Shown here: positions 37,297 through 49,164 of the stretch, one piece after another | Layout: each line of letters starts with the position of its first letter | How positions within the stretch are numbered: position 1 is the stretch's first letter | Source of the DNA: Octopus bimaculoides | Taxonomy: Eukaryota | Direction of reading: 5' to 3' | Length of the DNA stretch: 64,000 nucleotides | Assembly (NCBI RefSeq): GCF_001194135.2 | Contig: NC_068989.1 | Coordinates: 15,612,874-15,676,873, forward strand | Notes under the pieces: generated by a model | What the model was told of the DNA's origin: nothing | Database searches by the model: none | The model's input: the letters and a program-made list of their open reading frames with translations, nothing else | Made by a program: the position numbers and the translations under genes

Positions 37297-37960
37297 ATTT
37301 ATTGAAGTTACAAAAAAAAAAATACAAAAGACGAAGACGTGTGTGTAAACAACAAACAGATGTATTAGTTTAACGCTCCGGAAGTGAGAAACTCTTNNNN
37401 NNNNNNNNNNNNNNNNNNNNNNNNNNNNNNNNNNNNNNNNNNNNNNNNNNNNNNNNNNNNNNNNNNNNNNNNNNNNNNNNNNNNNNNNNNNNNNNNNNNN
37501 NNNNNNNNNNNNNNNNNNNNNNNNNNNNNNNNNNNNNNNNNNNNNNNNNNNNNNNNNNNNNNNNNNNNNNNNNNNNNNNNNNNNNNNNNNNNNNNNNNNN
37601 NNNNNNNNNNNNNNNNNNNNNNNNNNNNNNATCACACCCTAATCCTAACCCTAACGTCAATCAAATCACGTGTGTGATTTACTTATAAACAGAGATGTAC
37701 GGAGAATATTGGTAAGACGTTCAGTTACTTCCCTTGAATATTTTTATTTATTTTTTCCCCCTAAACTTGAAGATTACCTATATATATATATATATATTAG
37801 TTGAAATTTACAGAAAAAGAAAAGACGAAGACAGGTTTATAAACAACAAATAAGTGTATTAGTTTAACGCTCGAGAAGGTGAGAATGTCTTTTACGTTTC
37901 GAGTCTACGCTCTTCAACAGAAAGGAACACAAAGAAATAAACAGAGAGAGAATAAAAAAG
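37297..37960. mobile_element. Two direct-repeat copies (37297-37396, 37797-37960) of a second pLTR-like repeat
   Basis: Shared AAAAGACGAAGAC...AAACAACAAA...TGTATTAGTTTAACGCTC. The second copy carries a hammerhead-like motif on the minus strand. Confidence 0.6.
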
Positions 37961-38606
37961 CTTTTGGAGCTAGCGGTCAATCATGGCGGCTCATATCCAC
38001 TACATATGTAGAAAATTATGTCTGTGGGTGTGTTTGTGGAGTTGTTAGATAACAACTAGAACTGTAGAAACTCAAATTAATCCCTCAAGAACTGTAGAAA
38101 CTTCATCTCTACCTAGAACTGTAGAAACTCAACTTAATCTCTCAAGGCATTTTTCTCTGATGCTTAACGGATGATGCCAATTCACCGCTTTTCCACAGCC
38201 TTAACATATCACCACCAAATACGCAGGCATCAATGACGGTTCTATATGAGGTACCATTTTCGAGTCACATATAATAAAAAAGGAGTTGAAACTTACCTGT
38301 AGGCAATATCAATAGAGGAACTAGCTTAAAAGAAGGTTGGAGACATTCAATTAAAATCGGACGACTTGACTTCGAGCATCTTAATATTGAGTTAGAGGGT
38401 GATATTTAAAATATATGCAAATGAGTTGCATAGCTATATACTTCTGTAACCATGTGTGTTCATGCTGTTCCGCTTTATCATTTCGGCTTCCTTTCTTTTT
38501 CTCTTTTTACACACATACAGAATACATCTATGTATGCAAATGTATATAAGTGTGACGGCCTTTTTGCACATTCATGTATTTATGTGTACGTACAATGTAT
38601 GCATAC

Positions 38607-38652
<46 letters not shown>

Positions 38653-39127
38653 GCAGGAGTGCGTGTACACACACACATATATATTGGCGTTTGCTTAAGC
38701 ATATATATAAGGTAATAACTTGTAATAGTTTCTAGCTATCAATTCTTTTGTAACAATTGAATATTACATTGTCGGTATTGCTTTATTGAATCGCGCTCTG
38801 TTACACTCTTCCATCGAAGCGAAAGAGGATATTAATATATGTATAACCATTGTGTTGAATGGCTGCTGCTATCATATTATTTCCATTCTTTATGTAACTC
38901 TCGAATATGCGATAAATAGAGACTTCTGACCCTGAAAAAGAAAATAAAATGTCGACTTGACACAAAATGTCACATTGAATTACGCACTCCCAAAGTGTCA
39001 CGGGCGTTCCACAATTGATTTCTTCTTTTTCTAGACCTAGAGATATGTCGGTGTTTACGAGCTTCATACAGTACACGAACTGTTGATTTACAACTTCAAG
39101 CTTACACAGAATTGCCATTACTGTTCG

Positions 39128-39328
39128 AGATAGATTCAGTAGAACCAGAGATAAAATGCCTTGCGGTATTTTGTTGCGTACCTACACATTCATTTGTTCT
39201 GATCCCTCGTAAATCAATTACATTTTTCATGCTTCTAGAGTCGATAAATTTAATACTTGGACTTGATCTCTGCTACTGATCCCTCCTCTAAAATGTGAGG
39301 CCTGTACCTATGTTAGAAATCATTATTA
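39128..39328 (+). mobile_element. SINE family C, highly degenerate
   Basis: AAAATGCCTTGCGGTATTTT...GAGTCGATAAATT...GAGGCCTGTACCTATGTTAGAAATCATTATTA. Confidence 0.55.
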
Positions 39329-40180
39329 CAATGCTACACATGGTAGATTGGAAGAGGCAGTGTAGCGCAAAGGATTAAGAAAGCGTCTGTTAAGGATTAA
39401 TGCAGGAATGCATGTGTTGCAATTAATCAGAGTTCCTTGGTCAGTTCCATAAGAAAAGTAGCACAAATTTTCCAAAACATAACGGGTGCCTTAGACACTA
39501 GCGCAACATGAAAATTTGAAGTAAATTATTAAGGAATATATAAAAGAAAACGTTATTTTGAGGTCGTCTGTAATTTACTCACTACATGACTTAATCTGAT
39601 ATTCATTAGGATTCTTATCTTTCAAAATTTAAATTTTACTGCATTAGGAATTTCATTCTCGCTCTCACTAATTTTCTTCTGATTTTTGTACAAACTCGAG
39701 TCATGCTCCAACGCGGATTTACTAGAAGTAAAATTATAACAGCAAATGTTATGTTTTTTTTAAAGCTTCGTTTTAAGCCTTCCATTTGGCGAAAGTAGAT
39801 CCAGCACATTCTACCACCCTGTTTAGTTTTGGTGAAGATTACTCTTAAAACCTTCTTTCGACCATGGAAATGCTTAGCAAGGCCCTATAAAAACTCAGTA
39901 CATTTTATGAGAAATCAGACAATCTAGGTTCACCTGCTACATTTTAAGTGTTGCTATTTAGACCCAATTTCTAATAGTTCAATAGTAATTTTTTTCAAAA
40001 ATATTCTTTTCTAGTAGGGTGTTTGGAAATCTGTAATACTCTGTTTGGAGAGCAGCAAAAGAGTGCCGTGTATAACTCTTGTGTGGAAACAATTTTGATC
40101 CATTGAAAGGTTGTAATATATCTAGGTTCAAAAAAGGTTAGACATAGTTTTGGTATCGCGATCCCTTATTCTTTAGGATT

Positions 40181-40530
40181 TTTTCTTTTACTTGTTTCAG
40201 TCATTTGACTGCAGCCATGCTGGAGCATCGCCTTTAGTCGAACAAATCGACCGACGCCAGGACTTATTCTTTGTAAGCCTATTACTTATTCTATTGGTCA
40301 CTTTTGCAGAACCGCTAAGTTACGGGGACATAAACACACCAACATCAGTTGTCGAGCGGTGGTGGAGGAAAAACACAGACACACAAATACACACACACTC
40401 AAATACACACACACACACACACACACAAGCACACACGCGCATATAGAAGACACTTGCTCAAGGTGCCACGCAGTGGGACTGAACTCGGAACCATATGGTT
40501 GGGAAGCAAGCCTCTTTACAAACAACCACT
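40181..40530 (-). mobile_element. SINE family B with a ~60-bp internal deletion next to the microsatellite
   Basis: Tail, (CA)n, then directly AGAAGACACTTGCTCAAGG and the head. Confidence 0.92.
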
Positions 40531-41051
40531 CCTAATGAAATTCTTCTATTCATCAATGTTTCGAATGTGTCAATTTGTATCGAGTGTCAACTATTTTTAC
40601 ACGACACTCACTGCAATTCAATGCCTAAATTTGTTTCTCGATTCACATATCGAAGTTGGAAAATGTATAATATAATTCAGTGATATGTCATTTTGGAGCC
40701 GTAGAATTATTATTATTCAATTCACTCAACAAGTGGTATAAATATTAAAGTGCATTAGTTTTTATTTGAGTGCACCGCATGTAACTCCTTTGGATAATAC
40801 TTTTCACTCCTAGATGCCGTTTGAAAATGTAGCGTTTATGAATTACGAAGTCTAGGAATCCATTCTACACACCTGCTACTTTCTAACCCTCTTGTGGCAA
40901 AAAGAAATTTAACAAGCATTATTCATTCGCTTATACGAGCGCACACACACATTTACACTCACAGCACCATGGTGCTATGTCAAAAGAGAATGACAAATGC
41001 ATTTTATAAGATTAAAGTTTGGCTTATCTAATTTCATTTAAGTGAACATAG

Positions 41052-41278
41052 AACGTAAGATTGTGGTTTCGATTCCTGGACCGGGCGACGCGTTGTGTTC
41101 TTGAACAAAACACTTCACTTCACGCTGCTCCAGTCTACTCAGCTAGCAAAAATGAGTAATGCTGTGATGGACTGGCGTCCCGTCCAGCTGGGGAACGCAT
41201 ACGCCATTGAAACCGGGAAACCGGGCCCATGAGCCTGGCTAGGCTTTAAAAGGGCGCAAAAAAAAAGAGAAAAAAAAA
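41052..41278 (+). mobile_element. SINE family D (partial tRNA head, conserved-looking core, A-rich tail)
   Basis: B box GGTTTCGATTCC, then TTGTGTTCTTGAACAAAACACTTCAC...TGTGATGGACTGGCGTCCCGTCCAG...GAAACCGGG and an A tail. Confidence 0.8.
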
Positions 41279-41358
41279 CATAGAATTATTAACGCTGCAA
41301 AGCTTTGAAGCCTCGCCAGTTGCAATAACAAATCCTCTTCTAATATCAGTTCAAATTC

Positions 41359-41562
41359 TAAGGCGGCGAATTGGCAGAATCACGAGCAGGCAAGGCAAAA
41401 TATTTAGTAGTATTTTGTCTGTCTCTACGTTCTGATTTCAAACTCTACCGAGGTCAGCTTTTCCTTTCATCGTTTCCATATGTACCAGTTGAGGACTGGG
41501 GGTCGATGTAACCCCCTACTCCGGAATTACTGGCCTTTTGCCAAAATTTGAAATCAATATTA
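41359..41562 (+). mobile_element. SINE family C, full length (C3 tail)
   Basis: AAGGCGGCGAATTGGCAGAATC...GCCAAAATTTGAAATCAATATTA. Confidence 0.88.
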
Positions 41563-42689
41563 ATTATAACATCGGGTAAATAGACTGGCCGAATCTTTAG
41601 GATACCGTGTTAACGCTAACAATAATTTATTAATAAACACCTGCAACCATTGTTATCATCAACGGCAGACCGTCAGTCTTTCAATCCTGGATTCAACCAT
41701 TACAATATATTATTTATAATTATCAAAATATTTAGAGTTTAAATTAATTTTAAACAATATTGAAATTTTACAATGAATTAATGAAAGAAAATAACAGTTG
41801 AACATATTAACATGCACATGTAATTATTTCTTGAATAATTTGCTAAGAATATGTAATTCGTAGCGTTGTAGGAGATATTGTACAATGTATTCTACATGAA
41901 ATTATCAATGATGCAATAAATTTTAATAAGTAAAATTAAGTGGAATTACACGTTATTAGCTCTTTTCAATTTCTACCTTGCTCTAATGGACTGCATTGGT
42001 AAATTACTGAACCAAGTAATTTCATTCCAAAATAATTATAATGCCTCCGTGATATGCTTTTTTCGGAGATTTTGCGTTCATCATACAACATGAATAGGAC
42101 ATGCAAACTTAATTTAAATTTTCCTTACTGTAAATTTTCAAATAAAATTAAAACGCAGTAGATTGTAGATCATTTTTTTAAAGTAAAAGCAACATAGCCC
42201 AAATTCAAACATACATATTAGCGTGTAGGCCTAAAAGGTAGTATAACCCGATACTCTTAGTCCAATATGACACCTTTAATAATTATTAATTAATTAGTTA
42301 TTTAATTAATTAATTAAGCTATTAATTAATTAAACATTTTTGACGAAACAATCAAAACTTGGTATATCAAAAATCACAAATTGAGAATCATTGATATATC
42401 CGCAACATATGATGCGCGGGATGCAGAAGTCTGCTTTTCATCCATCTGTTATCAAACAAGAAACTTTGAGAAAAATGTTTTTATTATTTATGGCTGATAG
42501 TTTTCTTCTGTTAAGAGCAACACTATATTTTTCGTCAAAGTTCTCAATAGCAACGCATCAAACCAAGGCAAGTATTAGTAGATACAACTCTAAGAAAACC
42601 GTACCATTAAATGACATGTGAAAAAAACTAGTGTGGTTTTGAAAGTGTTTATATCAGATTCCGAGATGTTAAAAGTGAGAGAGATAGGT

Positions 42690-42930
42690 TAGTAGCTAAA
42701 AGAGTTATCTGACGTTGGTCATTGAAATAATTGTGTCTCAGAAGGAATAAAATTCGTGGTTCGTAAGTTGTCAGGATGTGGGGCGCGGGACATTGAAACA
42801 AAACAAAACGAGGCTCCAAGGAAAATAACAAGAAGTAGAGAATGTGTTCTTATAAGTGACCTAGTTGGGCAGCTTATGTGGTTGTGTGTAGATGGTAGTT
42901 CGAAAGAATGAATGTGCGTATCTTTAGCCA
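42690..42930 (-). mobile_element. Possible CR1-type LINE extreme 3' fragment
   Basis: Translation PTRSLIRTHSLLLVI...ASF...NFIPSETQLFQ loosely follows the CR1 terminal motif. Confidence 0.3.
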
Positions 42931-43811
42931 TTATGAGACGAGTAGCAGTCTCGGTTGTTTAAACCAGCCGATAGTCATTAGCGTCTTGTGTGATGTATGT
43001 CAATGTATGGTTCCCTCTTGTCTCTCATTAATCTCTCCATCTTTCTCTGTTACTGTGTCACTGTCTGTCTGTCATTCGCTCCTGTCTTTTTATATTACCA
43101 AAGTTATATATTAGTAATCAATCAAATTTTGTCTGATTACTTTCTAACATTTGATTTATCAGTATTTTTTCCGGCATCAGTTACAGAAATTGATGTGAAG
43201 TTGTTGGGTGTCATTGGTTAGTTTCTTTGTTTTTTTTTATGGCGTCATCACTCAATTTGAAAGTTCCAATTTACCTTTTCGAAAACTTTTTTTTGGGGGT
43301 GGGGAGAGAAAACTGTCCATGTTCAAATTGATGCATAAACCTCCTACTTACCTAACCATTTAAAAATTAAAGACTTCTGAAGCCTCACCCCATCCCAACC
43401 AACCACTAAGTTCAACCAGATTATTCTGTAAATAATGTAACAAAAGTAAACAATGTATAAAATGTGAGATGTTTGCAACAAATGATGTTTTTCAGTCAAA
43501 ATGTTGACTTCAGTTTTGGCAATAAATGAACAAAGCCAAAACTAACGTCATTTAAAAGAACAAAAAAAAAAAAAAAAAAAAAAGACTTGGCTATTTCCGA
43601 CATTCAGTAAGCAAGTAAAACAATAGCAAAACAACTGCTTCGATGCCAACCACAAAGTTGGCAAGATTCAGTAAGTCTAAGAAAGAAAATGAAATAAATA
43701 AAATGACCCTTGTATGTTTTTATACTCCAGAGCTTTCGATATTCATTGAATATTTCAGTTTGTATTTATCGCAACAACTGCTGTTATGAACTCTGTAGGC
43801 TCTGTTTAATA

Positions 43812-44624
43812 TATTGAGTTCTCTGATAAATTGGTTCATTTCTTTCCAATGCTATTTCAATTAACACGAAAGATATTCTTATCGTTGTGTTTACTTTGAT
43901 TTTTGTTATTCTATTCTTATTCTACATCGTCCGTTTAATCGTTTTTGAAATTTGAATAAACTTTGTCTCTTTTCGGACAAATGTTGATGGAGTACCAAGT
44001 AGAATTATGAGCATTTTCAATTCCTTTTCTCGCATTCAATCATGTTTCCAAAGCTGACAAAGTTGCTCAAAATATTGGTGCTGTGTAAGAAGTTGTTATT
44101 ACGGAAAGAAATGGTTTTCACGCTTCGAAGTGGAGAAATTCGAACTCAGAGACTTACCGCGTTGAGGCCGACATGTTCAATTCAATGAGAATCAATTTAA
44201 CAAGGTTCTGCACCAATCTACAAGGGAATTGGCCCAGCAGATGGTATGCTCTCAAGATACCATCGCTTATCCCCTTCACCCCATGGGTAGGGTCCAAATA
44301 CTTGGTGCATGGGTGCCACACACTCTGAACAAAAAACAAAGTCTAACGCTCCTCTGTCACCTATAGTTTGCTCATTCAACTCCTGGTTATTCGTAAATAA
44401 AATTCTTTACCGCGTCATTTCCGGCAATAAAAGGCAGGTGGAACGTTGGCAAGAATTCGTGAACACTGAAAGAGAATATAGATTATTCATTGATTTCTTA
44501 AGATTGTTGATGAAAAGGTCGGTCCACTCCAACAAGCCTTCGAGGCTTTTTGTTCAAAACGTAGTTCGATGAGGATTAAAGTTTAAAGAAAAGAAAACGA
44601 ACGAATTTATCTGACAACCCAAGA
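43812..44624 (+). mobile_element. Internally deleted mariner transposon
   Basis: TIRs TA-TTGAGTTCTCTGATAAATTGGTTC versus GAACGAATTTATCTGACAACCCAA. Transposase remnant MEYQVE..., KWFSRFE..FELRDLPR*GR...LGAWVPHTL, jumping to the C-terminal ERWQEFVNTEREY. Confidence 0.9.
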
Positions 44625-44797
44625 GAACCATTTTTGAAATATTTAACATTTATGAAGGTTAACTGGAAGTGTCTCGTGTTTCTGGACAAATGCATCATTG
44701 TTACCAAATTTTTTAGTAATAGAAAGATTGTCATTCAAAATAAAGATTCAAGTATAGTTTCATTGTTACTGGTACTGCATCAATATCATCATCATCA

Positions 44798-44832
<35 letters not shown>

Positions 44833-44928
44833 GACGGATCCGTCTATCGGCCGAGTCTGTAGTTATGATTGTCCCGCCGCCCTCTTTCAATCACGCACCA
44901 AGGCAGTTTTCCTTTGCCTTCCGTTACC

Positions 44929-45070
44929 GGCATTTTGTCTGTCTCTACGTTCTGGGTTCAAATTCCACCGAGGTCAACCTTGCCTTTCATCCTTTCAGGG
45001 TCGATAAAATAAGTACCAGTTGAGTACTGAAGTCGATGTAATCGACTTATTGCCATCCCCGAAATGGCTG
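44929..45070 (+). mobile_element. SINE family C, 5' truncated
   Basis: B box and core near consensus. Confidence 0.88.
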
Positions 45071-45163
45071 TTCATACTTCAAATTCCACTGTTATAGCAT
45101 TTTTGTTTCCTGTATAGTTTTGTAGAGAATAAACAATATATATTTTATTTATTGAATTGAAAA

Positions 45164-45295
45164 TCAAGTCACTGTATTAAAGTGAATAAAAAATTGTACA
45201 TCTTATACATGGAAATTGGAGTCAGGTCACTATATTAAATTGAATAAAAATTGTATATTCTATGTATGGAAATTTGAGTCAAGTCACTATATTGA
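45164..45295. repeat. ~57-58-bp tandem repeat, ~2.3 units
   Basis: Units start at 45164, 45222 and 45279 (TCA(A/G)GTCACT(A/G)TATT...). Confidence 0.85.
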
Positions 45296-45406
45296 AGAAA
45301 CATTCAATCATTTTCATATCGGTGACCCTTCGTTATAACCCGAAAATGCAATTTTCTGCTATGGTAACTCCTCGAAAATTTTCATAGTTTAATATTAATA
45401 TCACGG

Positions 45407-45829
45407 AAAGCAGGAAGCTAGCAGAATTGTTAGCACGCCGGGCAAAATGCTTAGCAGTATTTCGTCTGTCTTTACGTTCTGAGTTCAAATTCCGCCGAGG
45501 TCGACTTTGCCTTTCATCCTTTCGGGGTCGATAAATTAAATACCAGTTGCATACTGGGGTCGATGCAATAGACTTGCTCCCTCCCCAAAATTTTCGGGCC
45601 TTGTACCTAGAGTAGAAAAGAATCGTTAGCACGCCGGGCAAAATGCTTAGCGGCATTTCGTCCGTCTTTAGGTTCGGAGTTCAGATTCCGCCAATGTCGC
45701 TATAGCCTTTGATCCTTTCGCGACCAATTAAATAAGTTGGATGCTGGGATCGATGCTGGGATCGATGCAATATACTTTTCTTCTCCCTCACAATTGCTGC
45801 CCTGGTGCCAAAATTTGAAGCCAATATTA
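45407..45829 (+). mobile_element. Two SINE C copies fused head to tail (45407-45620; 45619-45829, starting at head nt ~15-17)
   Basis: ...CCTAGAGTAGAAA-AGAA-TCGTTAGCACGCCGGG. Confidence 0.92.
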
Positions 45830-45889
45830 CTGACACTAAATTAGAATTCTACACTGCTGATTTAACAGTTAATGGAACATATAGCGACA

Positions 45890-46121
45890 AGGTGGCTAGC
45901 TGGCACAAACGTTAGCACGCCGGGCGAAATGCTTAGCGGTATTTCGTCTGCGCTACGTTCTGAGTTCAAATTCCACCGAGGTCGACTTTGCATTTCATCC
46001 TTTCGGAGTCGATAAATCAAGTACCAGTTACGCACTGGGGTCAATGTAATCGACTTAATCCGTTTGTCTGTGCTTGTTTGTCCCCTCTGTGTGTAGCCCC
46101 TTGTGGGCAATAAAGAAATAA
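45890..46121 (+). mobile_element. SINE C2, full length, with a 16-bp target site duplication
   Basis: GGAACATATAGCGACA at 45874-45889 and 46122-46137. Confidence 0.95.
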
Positions 46122-46159
46122 GGAACATATAGCGACATTGTGCCTAAAGTAGAAAAATA

Positions 46160-46252
46160 AATAAGTATCAGTAGAGCACTGGGGTCGATGTAATCAACTA
46201 TCCCCTTCCTCTAAGATTTCAGACCTTGTGCATATTGTAGAAAGGAACATTA
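46160..46252 (+). mobile_element. SINE family C, 3' fragment
   Basis: AATAAGTATCAGTAGAGCACTGGGGTCGATGTAATC...GTAGAAAGG. Confidence 0.8.
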
Positions 46253-47662
46253 TGTAATGGGTTAAAGGGGAAACAAAATTTTGCTCCTTTTTTACCCCTT
46301 CATATTTTTCTCTCGCTTTATTTAATTAATTAAAATTAATTTTTTTATTATTCCGCGCAGAGCGACGGTTTCTGTGTACGGTACGCAACACGAGTACGTC
46401 CGATTACTGCACATTCTGAACGCGAAGCATGAAGTGGTTCATACAGAAAAGAGAGGCGAGAATGTGGTAGGCAGGTAGAAAAAAGTGGTTGGGAGTATGG
46501 GGAGTATGCCTGTTACTGGAAGATATGGCAGAAGCAATCAGAAATTCCGCTGAGAGATAAAATATGAGACAGCATAATTCCGTTTAAACAGTGTACAAAT
46601 AAACAATATACTTTAAACATTTATATGCTGAACCTTTAATATTTCATATATAATTATACGTATTTCAATGCATACTCACGTAAATGGGTGTATATATCTA
46701 CTAATCTATTTATCTGTCCTTTTTAAAACCAATCCCTTTCTCTTTCAAATAAACTATTTATCATTCTTTTCTCATATACTCAAACGTGCGCATGAGATTA
46801 TTCATATATGAGAAATGACTGCATTTATGTATTTCTATTTATCTGTGTATCTATATGTATATATGTTCTAGTCTGTTTTTAATTATTTGAACTCTTCCTG
46901 TGAGAAAAGAGTTAGTTTCTTACAAAGACAAAGCTCCGTCGTTGGAATGTAGATAACAAACACAAATTCGTATTTTAAACTTGAGAAGAGTCTTGCATAT
47001 TTTTACTGTTTCACTTACGGATTAAGTAGTTGTAATTTTTCTTGAAAACCCTAGCTTATCCAGGGTGACATTTAGGCATTTACTCACAAAATCAAGTGTG
47101 GCAATTGTTATTGGAATAGATATGAATTTATAACCTGGATAGAAAAGTTGGAGGTTTCGAGGCAGTTGTCTGTAGTTATTTTCTTTCTATATTATTTTCA
47201 GAGAGACATTCACTTCAGCTGGTCAGTTGACAACTGTGACGGTGTATCCATTTTATGTACCGTCATATTGACTTATAGGTATGTGTGGATGTTTTCGCCT
47301 ACGAATGTATATGCGCGCGCTCACGCACACACACACACACACACACATTCACACACACACACACACACGCAAGAAACCGCGATACCCAGAACAGCCATGG
47401 AGTAAAGTTGCAGTTTCCCATCTATTACATGTATCTGATAAAATATTGTAAGCTGATTATTTCTCAGAAGATTAACCTTATCTTAGGAGATGACATTTTC
47501 CCTCATACTCACATCTATACACTTATTTCGGTATTTATCCTCTTATTTGATTCCCAAAGGTAAGATTATTAAACTTTAAAATGCTTTGTGTACAATTGAT
47601 CTCGTGCATGTAAACTCCAGTTATATTATGCTTGTATTAGTGTACATTCATATATACAAACA

Positions 47663-47708
<46 letters not shown>

Positions 47709-47775
47709 TGTGTGTATGTATGTATGTATGTGATGTACTCAATATACATTCCAAATTATAATTATTGGACATGAG

Positions 47776-48068
47776 TGTTGTTGTTGGCACACCGTCGCTT
47801 ACGACGTCGAGGGTTCCAGTTGATCCGATCAACGGAACAGCCTGCTCGTGAAATTAACGTGCAAGTGGCTGAACACTCCACAGACACGTGTACCCTTAAC
47901 GTAGTTCTCGGGGATATTCAGCCTGACACATAGTGTGACAAGGCTGGCCTCTTTGAATTACAGGCACAACAGAAACAGGAAGTAAGAGTGAGAGAAAATT
48001 GTGGTGAAAGAGTACAGCAGGGTTCGCCACCATCCCCTGCCGGAGCTTCGTGGAGCTTTAGGTGTTTT
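47776..48068 (-). mobile_element. SINE family A, head lost in a gap; (CAA)n tail
   Basis: Matches 22606-22890. Confidence 0.95.
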
Positions 48069-48864
48069 NNNNNNNNNNNNNNNNNNNNNNNNNNNNNNNN
48101 NNNNNNNNNNNNNNNNNNNNNNNNNNNNNNNNNNNNNNNNNNNNNNNNNNNNNNNNNNNNNNNNNNNNNNNNNNNNNNNNNNNNNNNNNNNNNNNNNNNN
48201 NNNNNNNNNNNNNNNNNNNNNNNNNNNNNNNNNNNNNNNNNNNNNNNNNNNNNNNNNNNNNNNNNNNNNNNNNNNNNNNNNNNNNNNNNNNNNNNNNNNN
48301 NNNNNNNNNNNNNNNNNNNNNNNNNNNNNNNNNNNNNNNNNNNNNNNNNNNNNNNNNNNNNNNNNNNNNNNNNNNNNNNNNNNNNNNNNNNNNNNNNNNN
48401 NNNNNNNNNNNNNNNNNNNNNNNNNNNNNNNNNNNNNNNNNNNNNNNNNNNNNNNNNNNNNNNNNNNNNNNNNNNNNNNNNNNNNNNNNNNNNNNNNNNN
48501 NNNNNNNNNNNNNNNNNNNNNNNNNNNNNNNNNNNNNNNNNNNNNNNNNNNNNNNNNNNNNNNNNNNNNNNNNNNNNNNNNNNNNNNNNNNNNNNNNNNN
48601 NNNNNNNNNNNNNNNNNNNNNNNNNNNNNNNNNNNNNNNNNNNNNNNNNNNNNNNNNNNNNNNNNNNNNNNNNNNNNNNNNNNNNNNNNNNNNNNNNNNN
48701 NNNNNNNNNNNNNNNNNNNNNNNNNNNNNNNNNNNNNNNNNNNNNNNNNNNNNNNNNNNNNNNNNNNNNNNNNNNNNNNNNNNNNNNNNNNNNNNNNNNN
48801 NNNNNNNNNNNNNNNNNNNNNNNNNNNNNNNNNNNNNNNNNNNNNNNNNNNNNNNNNNNNNNNN

Positions 48865-48894
48865 AGGGTTAGGGTTAGGGTTAGGGTTAGGGTT
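48865..48894. repeat. Interstitial (TTAGGG)n, ~5 units visible, abutting a gap
   Basis: AGGGTTAGGGTTAGGGTTAGGGTTAGGGTT. Confidence 0.95.
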
Positions 48895-49164
48895 AATTGT
48901 TTCAGAATCGTTTGTTTATGTAGTCGGCACTTAATATATATCGGCTGAATGGACGTCAGTGATTGGTTGAAATTACAGAAATACGACAACTTTAACATGG
49001 AATAACTTATGGATTTCTTTTTTTTTAAAGAAGACTAAGAAAAAAAGATGTTTTATATGACACATTCTACCAGTGTTCCAAGTTTCAAAGTGTTTCGTTA
49101 ATGAAAAATGTGGCCCCCGTTTTAAAAAAGATCCCTAATGGCTAACTGCGAAAATAAAAAAAAT

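Noticed and set aside
38058-38145. AGAACTGTAGAAACT x3 (also an 18-bp repeat at ~13505 and a 16-bp repeat at ~29515)
   Set aside because: Short local slippage duplications with no further structure.
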